Positions 1 through 10,338 are shown, counted from the stretch's first letter. The stretch is 64,000 bases of DNA from Candidatus Butyricimonas faecavium (GCA_019117165.1 DXAG01000016.1:216-64215), one strand, 5' to 3'. Numbers and translations are program-made. Notes: generated from the sequence alone by a model not told the origin.

Positions 1-25
1 AATAAATACTAAAAGTTTTAGCGAT

Positions 26-943
26 ATGAAGCGTATTTTATGGGTGATATTGATTATTGCGGCGATAACGGCTTGTTCGAAGAAGGTCCCGTTGGACAAG
101 GATCAATTTACGTCTTTATTGATTGATATGCACACGACTGATGGTATGTTGTCGGTCGCACGGGGTGATATACGAACCGAAAAGGACAATTATTTATATT
201 ATAACGATCTGTTTGAGAAATACGGGATTACACGGGAGGATTTTGATTCTTGCGTAACTTACTATTCCTTACAATCAGCGTTATTCAATAAAATTTATGA
301 CGTGGTGATTGATACCTTGAGTCGTCGCCAGACGAAAATCATGCGAGAGTGGAAAGAATTGACCGTGAATGATACGGTTAATCTGTTCCCGGGATACACG
401 ATGATCGTGGCAGATACTATACGCCCGGATTCTACGCAAGCTAAAGTCCGGAAGAAAGATTCTATTGTGTACGAAACACGTGTGGTGAAAGCCGATACGG
501 TTTATTTCGATAAGCGGAATCAATTTGTGCTGGTGAAATTGGATAGCATTGTTCCCGGTATGTATAAGTTTACCTCGACGATAAAGTTGGAAAAATCTGA
601 CCGGGGAAAACGGAATTTCATACAGACTTATTTCTTGTCTGCCGATAATGATACGCTGAAAGTTCCGGATCAGTACGTGGGAGTTGACACGTTGCGCCCT
701 TACAAGAAAGACTGGGAGTTCTACGTGGCGGATTCCAGCTACACGAAGTTATTCATGAAGATTCCCAAGAGTGACCGGGATACGAGGGTGAAAGTAAAGA
801 AGTTGAATGACCGGGAAGGCTGCGTGTACAAAACCGAAATCTTTAAAACGTATGTGGCCCCGAACCGGGAGAAACAATTGAAAAAGGAATACGAGCAGAG
901 GAGACAGATGGAGCTTGAGAGGAAATCTGCAAAAAAGAAATAA
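26..943 (+). CDS. DUF4296-domain lipoprotein with C-terminal extension
   Basis: Lipobox AAITAC; 'LLIDMH...LFEKYGITREDFDSCVTYY' resembles DUF4296. Confidence 0.7.
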   Translation: MKRILWVILIIAAITACSKKVPLDKDQFTSLLIDMHTTDGMLSVARGDIRTEKDNYLYYNDLFEKYGITREDFDSCVTYYSLQSALFNKIYDVVIDTLSRRQTKIMREWKELTVNDTVNLFPGYTMIVADTIRPDSTQAKVRKKDSIVYETRVVKADTVYFDKRNQFVLVKLDSIVPGMYKFTSTIKLEKSDRGKRNFIQTYFLSADNDTLKVPDQYVGVDTLRPYKKDWEFYVADSSYTKLFMKIPKSDRDTRVKVKKLNDREGCVYKTEIFKTYVAPNREKQLKKEYEQRRQMELERKSAKKK

Positions 944-956
944 GATCATATTCTGA

Positions 957-1289
957 ATGAGAAAGATTGCGGCTAATTATATTTTGTTACCCGGATTTGA
1001 ATTCGTGAAGAATGGATATGTTGTTTTGAAGGACGGGAAGGTGATGGACGTGGTGAATACCGGAGGCGAGATCCGGGAAATTCCTTGTCTCGAATTCTAT
1101 GGAGGAATGATTGTTGATGATTGTGTTCGACAGTGTATCAAGTGGGTTCCCGGTGATCCGATTTGTGAGAAAATTCTTCAATTATACCGGGAAAATGGAG
1201 CGTGTGGGAATGGCCTTGCCCTTATTCAAGGGGGTGATTTTACCCGTTTTATCTGGATGCCGGAATCCCGGATTGTATATTTGCGCTAA
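957..1289 (+). CDS. Small hypothetical protein resembling an amidohydrolase N-terminal beta-sandwich
   Basis: MRKIAANYILLPG..KNGYVVLKDGKVMDV; operonic spacing; no HxH metal motif or TIM barrel. Confidence 0.55.
   Translation: MRKIAANYILLPGFEFVKNGYVVLKDGKVMDVVNTGGEIREIPCLEFYGGMIVDDCVRQCIKWVPGDPICEKILQLYRENGACGNGLALIQGGDFTRFIWMPESRIVYLR
1276..1283 (+). promoter_or_regulatory. Bacteroidetes sigma-70 -7 element for the S41 protease gene
   Basis: TATATTTG fits TAnnTTTG, 30 nt before ATG 1314. Confidence 0.45.
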
Positions 1290-1313
1290 GTTAAATACCA
1301 AAATAAATGAAGG

Positions 1314-4300
1314 ATGAATAAAATCGTATTGACTATTACTTTTTTACTTGTTGCTTTTTTCGTTCAGGCGGGACCTCTTTGGATGCGTTATCCGAAGATT
1401 TCACCCGATGGAAAGCAAATTGCATTTAGTTATAAGGGGGATATTTATGTTGTCCCCGCAGAAGGTGGCGAGGCTCGCCAGTTGACCACTCATCCGGCGT
1501 ATGAGTCACATCCCGTGTGGTCTCCAGATAGTAAGCAAATAGCGTTCACGAGTGACCGGAATGGTAATTTCGATATTTTCGTGATGTCGGCCCAGGGAGG
1601 TGATGCCCGACAAGTGACGACAAATTCAGCCAAGGAGATTCCTTACACGTTTATGCCGGATGGCAAAGAAATTGTTTACGGGGCACAAATGAGTGATCCC
1701 GTACAGAGTGCTTTATTTCCGGCGGGTTCCATGACTGAATTGTATGCCATTTCAGTGGACGGTGGACGTCCTCGGCAGATATTGGCAACTCCGGCAGAAG
1801 AGATTTGTTTCTTTAAGTCAGGTGATGCTTTCTTGTACCAAGATAAAAAGGGCGGGGAGAATGAATGGCGGAAACATCATACCTCATCTATCACGCGTGA
1901 TATTTATCGTTATGATATGAAAAGCGGGAAACATACCCGTCTGATAGATCGGGCAGGGGAAGACCGGTCGCCCGTGTTGTCTCCGGATGAGCAAAGGGTA
2001 TATTTTTTGAGTGAGCGAGAGGGTTCGTTTAACGTGTACTCGTTCCCGGTGACAGATCCCTCTGCCGTGAAAGCGGAGACTTCTTTCAAGACTCACCCGG
2101 TACGCTTTTTGAGTATTGCGGGTAACGGTCGTTTATGTTTCGGTTATGACGGAGAAATATATGTGAAGGATGCACAGGGAAGTCCCAAGAAAGTGGAGGT
2201 GGATATTATTGGTGACAATGCGAAAGATAATATTGTATCGTTGCGTTTCACTTCCGGGGCAACAAGCGCGACAGTTTCTCCGGATGGGAAACAGGTGGCC
2301 ATGATTATTCGAGGAAATGTATTTGTAACTTCTACCGATTACACGACGACTAAACAAGTTACCACGACCCCGGAAGGAGAGAAATGGTTGAGTTTTGCTC
2401 CTGATAATCGGACAATTGCTTACGCTAGTGAACGCGATGGAAATTGGAATATCTATACAGCAAAAATTGCCCGAGAGGAAGAGGTGAATTTCCCGAATGC
2501 AACTTTAATTGAAGAGGAGGCCATTCTTCCGGCTTCAACCAAAGAACGATTTGCCCCGCAATTTTCTCCGGACGGAAAAGAATTAGCCTTTATCGAGGAC
2601 CGTGCGAAATTGATGGTTGTTGATTTGAAGACAAAAAAGGTACGGCAGGTGGTAGACGATAAATATCAATATCACACGGGGGATGGTTTCACGTATACAT
2701 GGTCTCCGGACGGGAAATGGTTTGCGATGGAAATTATCGGGAATCGCCACGACCCGTATAGTGATATTGCCATTGTGAGTACCGACGGGAAGGGAGAAGT
2801 GATAAACTTAACCAATAGTGGTTATTTTGACAGTAATCCCCGGTGGGTACTGGATGGAAATGCCATCTTGTTTTCCAGCGAGCGTTACGGGATGCGTAAC
2901 CATGCATCATGGGGATCTTTGCAGGATGTAATGATCGTGTTTATGAATCAAGATGCTTACGATAAATTTCGGTTGAATAAGGAAGATTACGAGTTACTGA
3001 AAGAAGAAGAAAAACGTATTGCATCTTTGAAGAACAAAGAGCAGAAAAAGGATCAGGAAGATAAAAAAGGCGAGACGACATCCGCCACGAAAGAGAAAAA
3101 GAATATCGAGGTTGAATTGAGAGGTATCGAGGATCGGGTGATGCGGCTAACGCCGAATTCTTCGGAATTGGGAGATGCTATATTAAGTAAAAGTGGCGAC
3201 AAGCTTTATTACATGGCATCTTTCGAGGGTGGTATGGATTTGTGGGTGAGCGATCTCCGTTCTAGGAGTACGAAGGTGATGCATAAGTTGAACAGTGACT
3301 GGGCGTCTTTGGAGATGGATAAGGATGGGAAAGATTTGTTTCTGTTGGGAGGACGTTCCATGCAAAAGATTAATCTGGCTTCGGAGAGAAGAAGTCCGAT
3401 CACGTATTCTGCGGAAATGGAACTAGATCAGGCTGCCGAGCGGGCATATATGTTTGACCGGGTACGTCGTCAAGAAGCAAAACGTTTCTACGAGAAAAAT
3501 ATGCACGGTGTGGATTGGGTAAAAATGACCAAGGCTTACGAGAAATTTTTACCTTATATCAATAATAACTATGATTTCTCCGAGTTATTGAGCGAGTTGT
3601 TAGGTGAGTTGAACGTATCACATACGGGGTCGGGTTACCGCCCGAGAGCAAGAGGAGAGTCGACGGCCGAGCTAGGACTCCTGTTGAACGAGAATTATTC
3701 AAAGGATGGGTTGTTGGTTGACGAGGTGTTGGAAAAAGGACCTTTTGATAATGTCCGGTCGAAGCTGGAAGCCGGAATGATCATCGAGAAGATTGACGGA
3801 CAGGCCGTGAAGGCCGGGGATGATTACTATCCCCTGTTGAAGGGAAAGTCCGGTAAACGTGTACTGTTTTCTATCTATGATCCTTCTACCAAGGAGCGTT
3901 GGGATGAAGTGATAGAACCGATATCGAAGAGGACGATGAACGGGTTGCTTTACCGGCGGTGGGTAAAACAAAGAGCTGCCGATGTAGACCGATTGTCGGG
4001 AGGACGTTTGGGTTACGTGCATATTTCCAGTATGGACGATCCGAGTTTCCGTTCCGTGTATGCCGATATTCTGGGTAAATATAATGATCGGGAAGGAATT
4101 GTTATCGACACTCGTTTCAATGGTGGTGGCCGTTTGCACGAGGATATTGAGATCCTGTTCAGTGGTAAGAAATATTTCACGCAAGTCGTTCGGGGACGGG
4201 AGGCTTGCGATATGCCAAGCCGTAGGTGGAATAAGCCTTCGATCATGGTGACCTGTGAGGCGAACTACTCGAATGCCCACGGTACGCCTTGGGTTTACCA

Positions 4301-4565
4301 ACATCAGGGAATCGGTAAAGTTGTCGGAATGCCTGTGCCGGGAACCATGACGAGCGTGTCTTGGGAGACTTTGCAGGACCCGACGTTGTATTTCGGGATT
4401 CCGATCGTGGGTTACCGTTTACCGGACGGTAGCTATCTGGAGAACAAACAACTGGAACCGGACGTGAAGATTGCCAACTCTCCGGAGAAGATTATCAAAG
4501 GGGAGGACGAGCAGTTGGAGACTGCGGTGAAGGAATTATTAAAGGAGATTGATTCAAAGAAATAA
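1314..4565 (+). CDS. Tricorn-like S41 family peptidase (PD40 propellers, PDZ, S41 domain)
   Basis: Signal peptide; repeated SPDG PD40 motifs; ELNVSHTG, GYVHI, IDTRFNGGG, NYSNAH, ENKQLEPDV. Confidence 0.9.
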   Translation: MNKIVLTITFLLVAFFVQAGPLWMRYPKISPDGKQIAFSYKGDIYVVPAEGGEARQLTTHPAYESHPVWSPDSKQIAFTSDRNGNFDIFVMSAQGGDARQVTTNSAKEIPYTFMPDGKEIVYGAQMSDPVQSALFPAGSMTELYAISVDGGRPRQILATPAEEICFFKSGDAFLYQDKKGGENEWRKHHTSSITRDIYRYDMKSGKHTRLIDRAGEDRSPVLSPDEQRVYFLSEREGSFNVYSFPVTDPSAVKAETSFKTHPVRFLSIAGNGRLCFGYDGEIYVKDAQGSPKKVEVDIIGDNAKDNIVSLRFTSGATSATVSPDGKQVAMIIRGNVFVTSTDYTTTKQVTTTPEGEKWLSFAPDNRTIAYASERDGNWNIYTAKIAREEEVNFPNATLIEEEAILPASTKERFAPQFSPDGKELAFIEDRAKLMVVDLKTKKVRQVVDDKYQYHTGDGFTYTWSPDGKWFAMEIIGNRHDPYSDIAIVSTDGKGEVINLTNSGYFDSNPRWVLDGNAILFSSERYGMRNHASWGSLQDVMIVFMNQDAYDKFRLNKEDYELLKEEEKRIASLKNKEQKKDQEDKKGETTSATKEKKNIEVELRGIEDRVMRLTPNSSELGDAILSKSGDKLYYMASFEGGMDLWVSDLRSRSTKVMHKLNSDWASLEMDKDGKDLFLLGGRSMQKINLASERRSPITYSAEMELDQAAERAYMFDRVRRQEAKRFYEKNMHGVDWVKMTKAYEKFLPYINNNYDFSELLSELLGELNVSHTGSGYRPRARGESTAELGLLLNENYSKDGLLVDEVLEKGPFDNVRSKLEAGMIIEKIDGQAVKAGDDYYPLLKGKSGKRVLFSIYDPSTKERWDEVIEPISKRTMNGLLYRRWVKQRAADVDRLSGGRLGYVHISSMDDPSFRSVYADILGKYNDREGIVIDTRFNGGGRLHEDIEILFSGKKYFTQVVRGREACDMPSRRWNKPSIMVTCEANYSNAHGTPWVYQHQGIGKVVGMPVPGTMTSVSWETLQDPTLYFGIPIVGYRLPDGSYLENKQLEPDVKIANSPEKIIKGEDEQLETAVKELLKEIDSKK

Positions 4566-4571
4566 AAGAGA

Positions 4572-4608
4572 GAAACGGCAGGCCAAAGGGATGAAGGCCT
4601 GCTGTTTC
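4572..4608. terminator. Hairpin between convergent genes, likely bidirectional terminator
   Basis: GAAACGGCAGGCC...GGCCTGCTGTTTC. Confidence 0.65.
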
Positions 4609-4611
4609 AGT

Positions 4612-6064
4612 TTACATGAGGGGTTGGAGTTTCCCGTCTTGCATGATTAATAATATCTTGTCTTTATTTAGTCTGGAACGTACACCCCTGTCAAAATCTC
4701 TCAAGTTTCTTAGGTATTGGCTTGTTTGGGATGGAAGGAGTACTTTTTTATTCTCGGGTAGGTATAGAGTCAGTGTCACTCTTTGAGCCCTCCATTGTCC
4801 CGCGAGTTTGATATAATTGTCAAATCGAAGCGTGTCGTTTTTGTAATTCCAGTTAAAATCCATGTTATCATATACCGGTTTTTCTTCTTGGGTGTAAAAT
4901 TGTACACGTAATGTCGGGGTCGATCCCTCGGTCGAATATATCCTGATGTCCGGAGTAATCATGTTGCTGGAGGCTAATTGGAAGACGTTGTGGTCTATGT
5001 AAAGATTTTCAGGTATCTTGTACAAGTAGAACGAGCGTGTCCTGTTGACTCAGTTCGAGCGATTCTCCATAGCGGGTGCCATCAATCGACCAGCTCCGAC
5101 CTTCGCTGATCCCCACGAATATGAGCATAACGAGTCCCAGCATCCAGCACGAGAGGGCGGAAAGGGCGATCACCTTGTTATTACTCTTGAAGGAGAACAA
5201 CAATTTGATCGTCATATAAATGATCATGATAATAGGAATTCCAATCAAGAATGATATAGCAATTTTACCTAAAGTGAAGTTTAAGGGAGTGAACGCGTAG
5301 GCGAGTTCCATGAAACCACTTTTCCAAGGATAAAGGTTAGGTAAAAATAATGCTGACAGGAAAGCGAACAGCATGAAGATTCCCCCGACGAAGAGGGCCA
5401 CGCCGATAATAATGGCCAACACTTTCCCGATAATGGTGAATACTTCGTATAAGCCTTCGCCTACCCGGTTCATGAAAGCGGCACCCTTGCCGTTTTTAAT
5501 TTCTTGGTACTCGTCTTTTATGGAGCGTTCGATGTTGGAGACATTTATATTTTCTCCTTTCATTTCGAGTTTCTGTTTGGTCGTCTTGGCCTTGGGGACG
5601 GCAATCCACAAAATGATATACACGATAATGAATATTCCATAGTAGAAGGGCAGAAGTACGAAACCTATCCGGATGAGCAAGGGGGATATTCCCCAATACG
5701 CTGCTAGTCCCCCGGCCACTCCACCAAGTACTTTGTTGTCTGGGTTCCGATATAGTTTTTTGGCCTGTTTCGGGGCGGATTTCCGGGGCTGCTCGTCTTC
5801 GTCGATGATGTCGTCAGGCGTACCCATCGTGGCGATCACCTGATCCACGTCGTCGAGAGTGATAACCTCGCGGAATTGTCCTTTCAAGTTTTCCGTGAAA
5901 AGCTCCCCGATCCGGTTCTCGATGTCATCCATGATCTCGTTGCCGTCCTCTTCTCGCGTGTAATATGTTTTGAGGGTATTGATGTATTCTTGTAGTTTTT
6001 CCAGTGCGTCTTCATCGATATGGAAAATCTTGCCGCTTAAATTTATAGTATATGTTTTTTTCAT
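4612..6064 (-). pseudogene. pspC: PspC-domain membrane protein split by a frameshift near 5010-5025 (ORFs 5009..6064 and 4612..5025)
   Basis: MKKTYTINLSGKIFHIDEDA N-terminus, PspC motif KKLYRNPDNKVLGGVAGGLA, TM helices; the downstream overlapping frame starts only at TTG and carries a typical C-terminus (WRAQRVTLTLYLPENKKV). Confidence 0.7.
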
Positions 6065-6075
6065 GATGTGTGGTG

Positions 6076-6411
6076 TTAGTTGTTATGGTTTTCTTTAATG
6101 CTGTTCACGGCAGAGGTCAATTCATCCCAGGAGTTTTCGAGTTCCTTGAGAAAACCTCGCCCTTGTTCCGTGATACTGTAATACTTGTGGGGAGGACCTT
6201 GTTGCGACTCTTCCCAGCGGTATGACAGTAGACCGGTATTCTTTAGTCGGGTCAACAAGGGATATATCGTCCCTTCGACCACGATCATCTTGGAGGCTTT
6301 CAGTTTACTGATGATATCCGGCACGTAGGCGTCCTGTTGCGAGATGATCAGTAAAATGCAGTATTCCAAGATACCCTTCCTCATTTGAGCTTGTGTGTTT
6401 TCAATATTCAT
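6076..6411 (-). CDS. PadR-family transcriptional regulator
   Basis: MNIENTQAQMRKGILEYCIL, VVEGTIYPLLTRL, WEESQQGPPHKYY; start placed at ATG 6411, downstream of -7 box 6437-6444. Confidence 0.9.
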   Translation of the reverse strand: MNIENTQAQMRKGILEYCILLIISQQDAYVPDIISKLKASKMIVVEGTIYPLLTRLKNTGLLSYRWEESQQGPPHKYYSITEQGRGFLKELENSWDELTSAVNSIKENHNN

Positions 6412-6436
6412 CTCTTGGTTCTTTTGTAATGCAAGG

Positions 6437-6481
6437 CAAAGATATGAATAAAAAATAGTATTATGCAATACATAGTACTAT
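6437..6481 (-). promoter_or_regulatory. padR promoter -7 box (6437-6444) and palindromic operator candidate (6455-6481)
   Basis: Minus-strand TATCTTTG; ATAGTATTATG-CAATA-CATAGTACTAT is a 10/11 inverted repeat. Confidence 0.6.
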
Positions 6482-6587
6482 TAATTTTAATATTTTATTC
6501 TTTTAGTCTGGATAAACGGCCGGGGAGCTTTAAAACGTTTTCGTTGATTTTCCTTGATTGTAAGGCGTTAAACTAGATATTAAAGAT

Positions 6588-6595
6588 TAACTTTG
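6588..6595 (+). promoter_or_regulatory. -7 promoter element of gpmI
   Basis: TAACTTTG fits TAnnTTTG. Confidence 0.55.
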
Positions 6596-6636
6596 CCATG
6601 AATTTAGAAAAGTGAATAACAAAAAATAAAATAGAT

Positions 6637-8157
6637 ATGAAGAGAGTTTTATTGATGATACTGGACGGTTGGGGTGTTGGGAAACACGATCATTCAGACG
6701 TGATCGGGAGTACACCGACTCCTAACATCACGGAATTGGCAAGTAATAATCCCCGTGCTTTGTTGTACACGAGCGGGGAGAATGTCGGGTTGCCCGACGG
6801 TCAGATGGGGAATTCCGAAGTCGGGCATTTGAATATTGGGGCCGGACGGGTGGTTTACCAGGATTTAGTGAAGATCAACCGGGCTTGTCGGGATCATTCC
6901 ATTGCCCAAAACCCGGAGATCGTGAAGGCGTTTAATTATGCTAAAGAGAACGGGAAACAGGTGCATTTCATGGGACTGGTTTCTAACGGGGGAGTACATA
7001 GTTCGTTGGATCACGTGTTTGCCTTGTGCGATTTGTCGAAGGAGTTCGGGATCGAGAAGACCTTTGTTCATTGCTTTATGGACGGTCGGGACACGGACCC
7101 GAAGAGTGGAAAGGGATTTATCGAGGAGTTGCAGGACCACATGAAACAATCCACGGGTAAGATAGCTTCCGTGATCGGGCGTTATTATGCCATGGACCGG
7201 GATTCCCGCTGGGAGCGTATCAAGGAGGCTTATGACTTGTTGGTGGATGGTGTGGGTACCCCGGTAACGGACGCCGAGGCAGGAGTGCAGGCTTCTTATG
7301 ACGCGGGGGTAACGGACGAGTTCATCAAACCGATTGTTTGCGTGGACGAGGCCGGAAAGCCCGTGGGAACGATACAACCGGGTGATATGGTGATATTCTT
7401 TAATTTCCGTAACGACCGTGCCAAGGAGTTGACCATCGTGCTGACACAGGAAGACAAGCCGGATTTCGGGATGAAGACCATGCCGTTGTATTATTGTACG
7501 ATGACTCCTTACGATGCGAAATTCAAGGGTTTACATATCCTGTTTGATAAAGAGAACGTGGAGAATACGATCGGGGAATATATTTCCAAGCAGGGGTTGA
7601 AGCAGCTGCGTATTGCCGAGACGGAGAAATATGCTCACGTGACATTCTTTCTGAACGGGGGACGAGAAGAGCCTTTCGAGGGAGAGAGCCGTATTTTGGT
7701 ACCTTCTCCGAAAGTGGCTACCTACGATTTGCAACCTGAAATGTCTGCCCCTATCGTGACCGAGAAGATCGTGGAACAGTTGAATGAAAAGAGTGTTGAT
7801 TTCATTTGCTTGAATTACGCGAACGGGGATATGGTGGGACATACCGGGGTGTACGAGGCTATCCAGAAAGCCGTGGCTACCGTGGATGAGTGCGTGGGTA
7901 AGACCGTGGCTGCCGCACGTGCTAACGGTTACGACGTGTTGATTATTGCCGACCACGGGAATGCCGATAACGCGGTGAACGAGGACGGGACGCCGAACAC
8001 GGCTCACTCGCTGAACCCGGTGCCTTGTATTTGGGTTACCGATTCCAAGTGTGATCACTTGCGGGACGGGGTTCTGGCCGATGTCGCCCCCACGGTTCTC
8101 GCGATTATGGGACTTCCACAGCCCAAGGAAATGACGGGAAAATCGTTATTAGTTTGA
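6637..8157 (+). CDS. gpmI: 2,3-bisphosphoglycerate-independent phosphoglycerate mutase
   Basis: [44 protein letters not shown] motifs. Confidence 0.97.
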   Translation: MKRVLLMILDGWGVGKHDHSDVIGSTPTPNITELASNNPRALLYTSGENVGLPDGQMGNSEVGHLNIGAGRVVYQDLVKINRACRDHSIAQNPEIVKAFNYAKENGKQVHFMGLVSNGGVHSSLDHVFALCDLSKEFGIEKTFVHCFMDGRDTDPKSGKGFIEELQDHMKQSTGKIASVIGRYYAMDRDSRWERIKEAYDLLVDGVGTPVTDAEAGVQASYDAGVTDEFIKPIVCVDEAGKPVGTIQPGDMVIFFNFRNDRAKELTIVLTQEDKPDFGMKTMPLYYCTMTPYDAKFKGLHILFDKENVENTIGEYISKQGLKQLRIAETEKYAHVTFFLNGGREEPFEGESRILVPSPKVATYDLQPEMSAPIVTEKIVEQLNEKSVDFICLNYANGDMVGHTGVYEAIQKAVATVDECVGKTVAAARANGYDVLIIADHGNADNAVNEDGTPNTAHSLNPVPCIWVTDSKCDHLRDGVLADVAPTVLAIMGLPQPKEMTGKSLLV

Positions 8158-8166
8158 TATAAAAAT

Positions 8167-8204
8167 GGAACGCTGGTCAAGTAAATGGCCAGCGTTCTTT
8201 GTTT
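8167..8204 (+). terminator. Intrinsic terminator after gpmI
   Basis: GGAACGCTGGTCA/TGGCCAGCGTTCT followed by T-rich tail. Confidence 0.65.
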
Positions 8205-8275
8205 GATAAGGTCAACATCCCGATAATGATATTGTAGTTTCTCGTGTATTTGAGATTTTTGCAGTTGAGTGTGAG

Positions 8276-8332
8276 AAAAAGAAAAGTCTTGCAAGCGGAA
8301 CATGAATTTACCTATGCTTGCAAGACTTTTTT
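8276..8332. terminator. Bidirectional terminator downstream of the XRE gene
   Basis: 15-bp perfect stem AAAAGTCTTGCAAGC/GCTTGCAAGACTTTT flanked by A/T runs. Confidence 0.7.
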
Positions 8333-8347
8333 GAAAATATCTTGTTG

Positions 8348-8749
8348 TTACTTGTTCTTCAACTGTTCTTCGAGTAGAGCGACTTTTTCCTGTTCGGCTT
8401 TGACTAGCCGTTCGTAGAGTTCTACAATTTTGTCTATTGGATTAAACGTGTATTGACAATTTTGGGAAAAGAAGTGTTCGTTTTCGCTATTAGTAAACGT
8501 GTTAAAATAGTTGATGGTAGCCTCTTCACTCATCGTTTTCAGGGCCTCCGTGGAAACGTGCAATATTTTCGCAATCTTATCAAGCATTTCGTCTTCAATT
8601 TGTTCTTTTTGCTCTAATTTTGAAAATGCTTGTTGCGTCATGTTTAATTCGGCCGCGAGGGTTTCTTGTTTAATCCCTAGCATATCGCGTACGCGTTTTA
8701 TACTGTGTCCGTGGTGTGTTTTGCTCATAGGTATAATCTCTGTACTCAT
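8348..8749 (-). CDS. XRE-family HTH transcriptional regulator
   Basis: IKRVRDMLGIKQETLAAELNMTQQAFSKLE HTH; C-terminal NPIDKIVELYERL coiled coil; -7 box TATATTTG at 8775-8782 (minus). Confidence 0.9.
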   Translation of the reverse strand: MSTEIIPMSKTHHGHSIKRVRDMLGIKQETLAAELNMTQQAFSKLEQKEQIEDEMLDKIAKILHVSTEALKTMSEEATINYFNTFTNSENEHFFSQNCQYTFNPIDKIVELYERLVKAEQEKVALLEEQLKNK

Positions 8750-8910
8750 AGTTGTTTATATTCAGTTGTACGGGCAAATATACGAAATAATTGTTTATTA
8801 TGGGTTGTAAATTACACCATTTCGGGAGTTATTTACAAGGCTTGATTGTAGTTTACCTGTAAATTCTGGGCTTTATTTGCATAGGTGTTATAAATAATGG
8901 TGTAGAGGAA

Positions 8911-9141
8911 ATGAAAATCTATCAGCGTCAATTAGAAGAATGTTACCGGAAACTGGAACAAGCCGGGCAAGTCGGGCAAACGAGGGAATTGCGAGTGAGC
9001 TTGGGAAAAGTGATTGATAAAATACGGTTAATTAACACGATGGATGATTTGATTCATAAAAAGTCGGAAGAGATGAGGCGGTTAATTGAGGAAGTCATGG
9101 GGGATATTGACGATCTAGCCCAACGTCACCACATCTTTTGA
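8911..9141 (+). CDS. Small helical/coiled-coil hypothetical protein divergent from XRE
   Basis: 76-aa ATG ORF with amphipathic helical pattern, alone in an intergenic gap. Confidence 0.55.
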   Translation: MKIYQRQLEECYRKLEQAGQVGQTRELRVSLGKVIDKIRLINTMDDLIHKKSEEMRRLIEEVMGDIDDLAQRHHIF

Positions 9142-9464
9142 TTCTCCAGGATATAATCCCGGTAAGAGATTACGAGTGTATTTCGAGTAGATTGAAGGGT
9201 ACTCTCGTTAAATTCTCATGCATGGATCAAACCAAGATGAAGGATAATTAATCCTCTTCGTTGATTTCCGGTTGACTTTCCGTAGACTAATTAACGAGAT
9301 TCCGGTGCGAGTATACTGAGATACCCTATTATCCCCAGGTTATTACTCCGAAAACCGATCACTTGCGTCGTTCCCTGTCGCTTGTAATGGTGGCGAGAGA
9401 TCAACGATTCTATCTTTTTTATTGTAACTTTGCGGAATCATTTTCATCAATTTTCAATTAAAAC

Positions 9465-10052
9465 ATGATACAGATAGGAGATACGATTATAAGTCTGGAT
9501 ATTTTCGAGAAGAAGTTTTGTTGTGATTTAGCAGTTTGCAAGGGAATTTGCTGCGTGGAGGGGGATTCGGGGGCACCTTTGGAAGAAGGGGAGGCGGAAC
9601 AGATCCGGGAGAATTATAGGAAAATTAAACCTTACATGAAACCTTAGGGGATTGCAGCCGTGGAGGAACAGGGCTTTTCCGTGGTCGACATCGAGGGTGA
9701 CATGGTTACGCCGCTAATCGGGGGACGGGAGTGTGCGTATATTATCGAGGAGAACGGGTGTTCGTGGTGTGCCATTGAAAAAGCGTGGAGCCGGGGTGAG
9801 AGTTCTTTCCGAAAACCGATATCTTGCCACATGTACCCGATTCGGGTGAAACAGTACCAGAATTACGAGGCGATGAATTATGACCAGTGGACGATTTGTG
9901 CTTGCGCCCGCTTAAAGGGTGAGCAAGAGGGAATTCCGGTGTACGTGTTTTTGAAAGATGCTCTCATTCGCAAATATGGGGAGGAATGGTACGAGCAGTT
10001 ATGTTACGCTGCACGGGAGATTGAGACGGGAAAAATCAAGTTCGGACGCTAA
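9465..10052 (+). pseudogene. DUF3109-family Cys-rich protein interrupted by an in-frame TAG at 9645-9647
   Basis: FCCDLAVCKGICCVEGDSGAPL ... KPISCHMYPIR; ORFs 9465..9647 and 9660..10052 share one frame (K-P-TAG-G-I-A-A-V-E-E); -7 box TAACTTTG 9425-9432. Confidence 0.8.
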
Positions 10053-10116
10053 TTTTTTTGGACTTTTCTTTGCGGAAAAAGAAAGTTATTCTATCTTTGC
10101 AGCGCAAAAGCAAAAT

Positions 10117-10191
10117 GGTGGATGTAGCTCAGTCGGTTAGAGCGTCGGATTGTGGTTCCGAAGGTCGTCGGTTCGAGACCGATCTTCCACC
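10117..10191 (+). tRNA. tRNA-His(GTG)
   Basis: Cloverleaf with G-1, anticodon GTG 10152-10154, GTTCGAG T-loop, C discriminator; CCA not encoded; TATCTTTG promoter 10092-10099. Confidence 0.96.
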
Positions 10192-10198
10192 CCGCTGG

Positions 10199-10232
10199 AA
10201 CGGAGAATTGAATTTCGATTCTCCGTTTTTTT
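10199..10232 (+). terminator. Intrinsic terminator after tRNA-His
   Basis: AACGGAGAATTG/CGATTCTCCGTT plus T run. Confidence 0.8.
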
Positions 10233-10338
10233 ATTTCTTCTCGGTTGGGGAGAATGGGAATTCGGGTGAAAATCAAGTGGTCTCTTGTAATATAACACGG
10301 TGAAATCCCGTTGTATTTTCGATGAAGACAGGGAACAT

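Noticed and set aside
3699-4304. 201-aa minus-strand ORF and many similar 60-185 aa ORFs inside long genes
   Set aside because: Fully overlapped by well-supported opposite-strand genes; no recognisable motifs
9142-9420. 280-bp intergenic stretch as a possible ncRNA or gene relic
   Set aside because: Only weak hairpins and no ORF or motif I can support
9465-10052. Genome-wide TAG reassignment or pyrrolysine
   Set aside because: TAG acts as a normal stop for several genes here; no pyl genes seen
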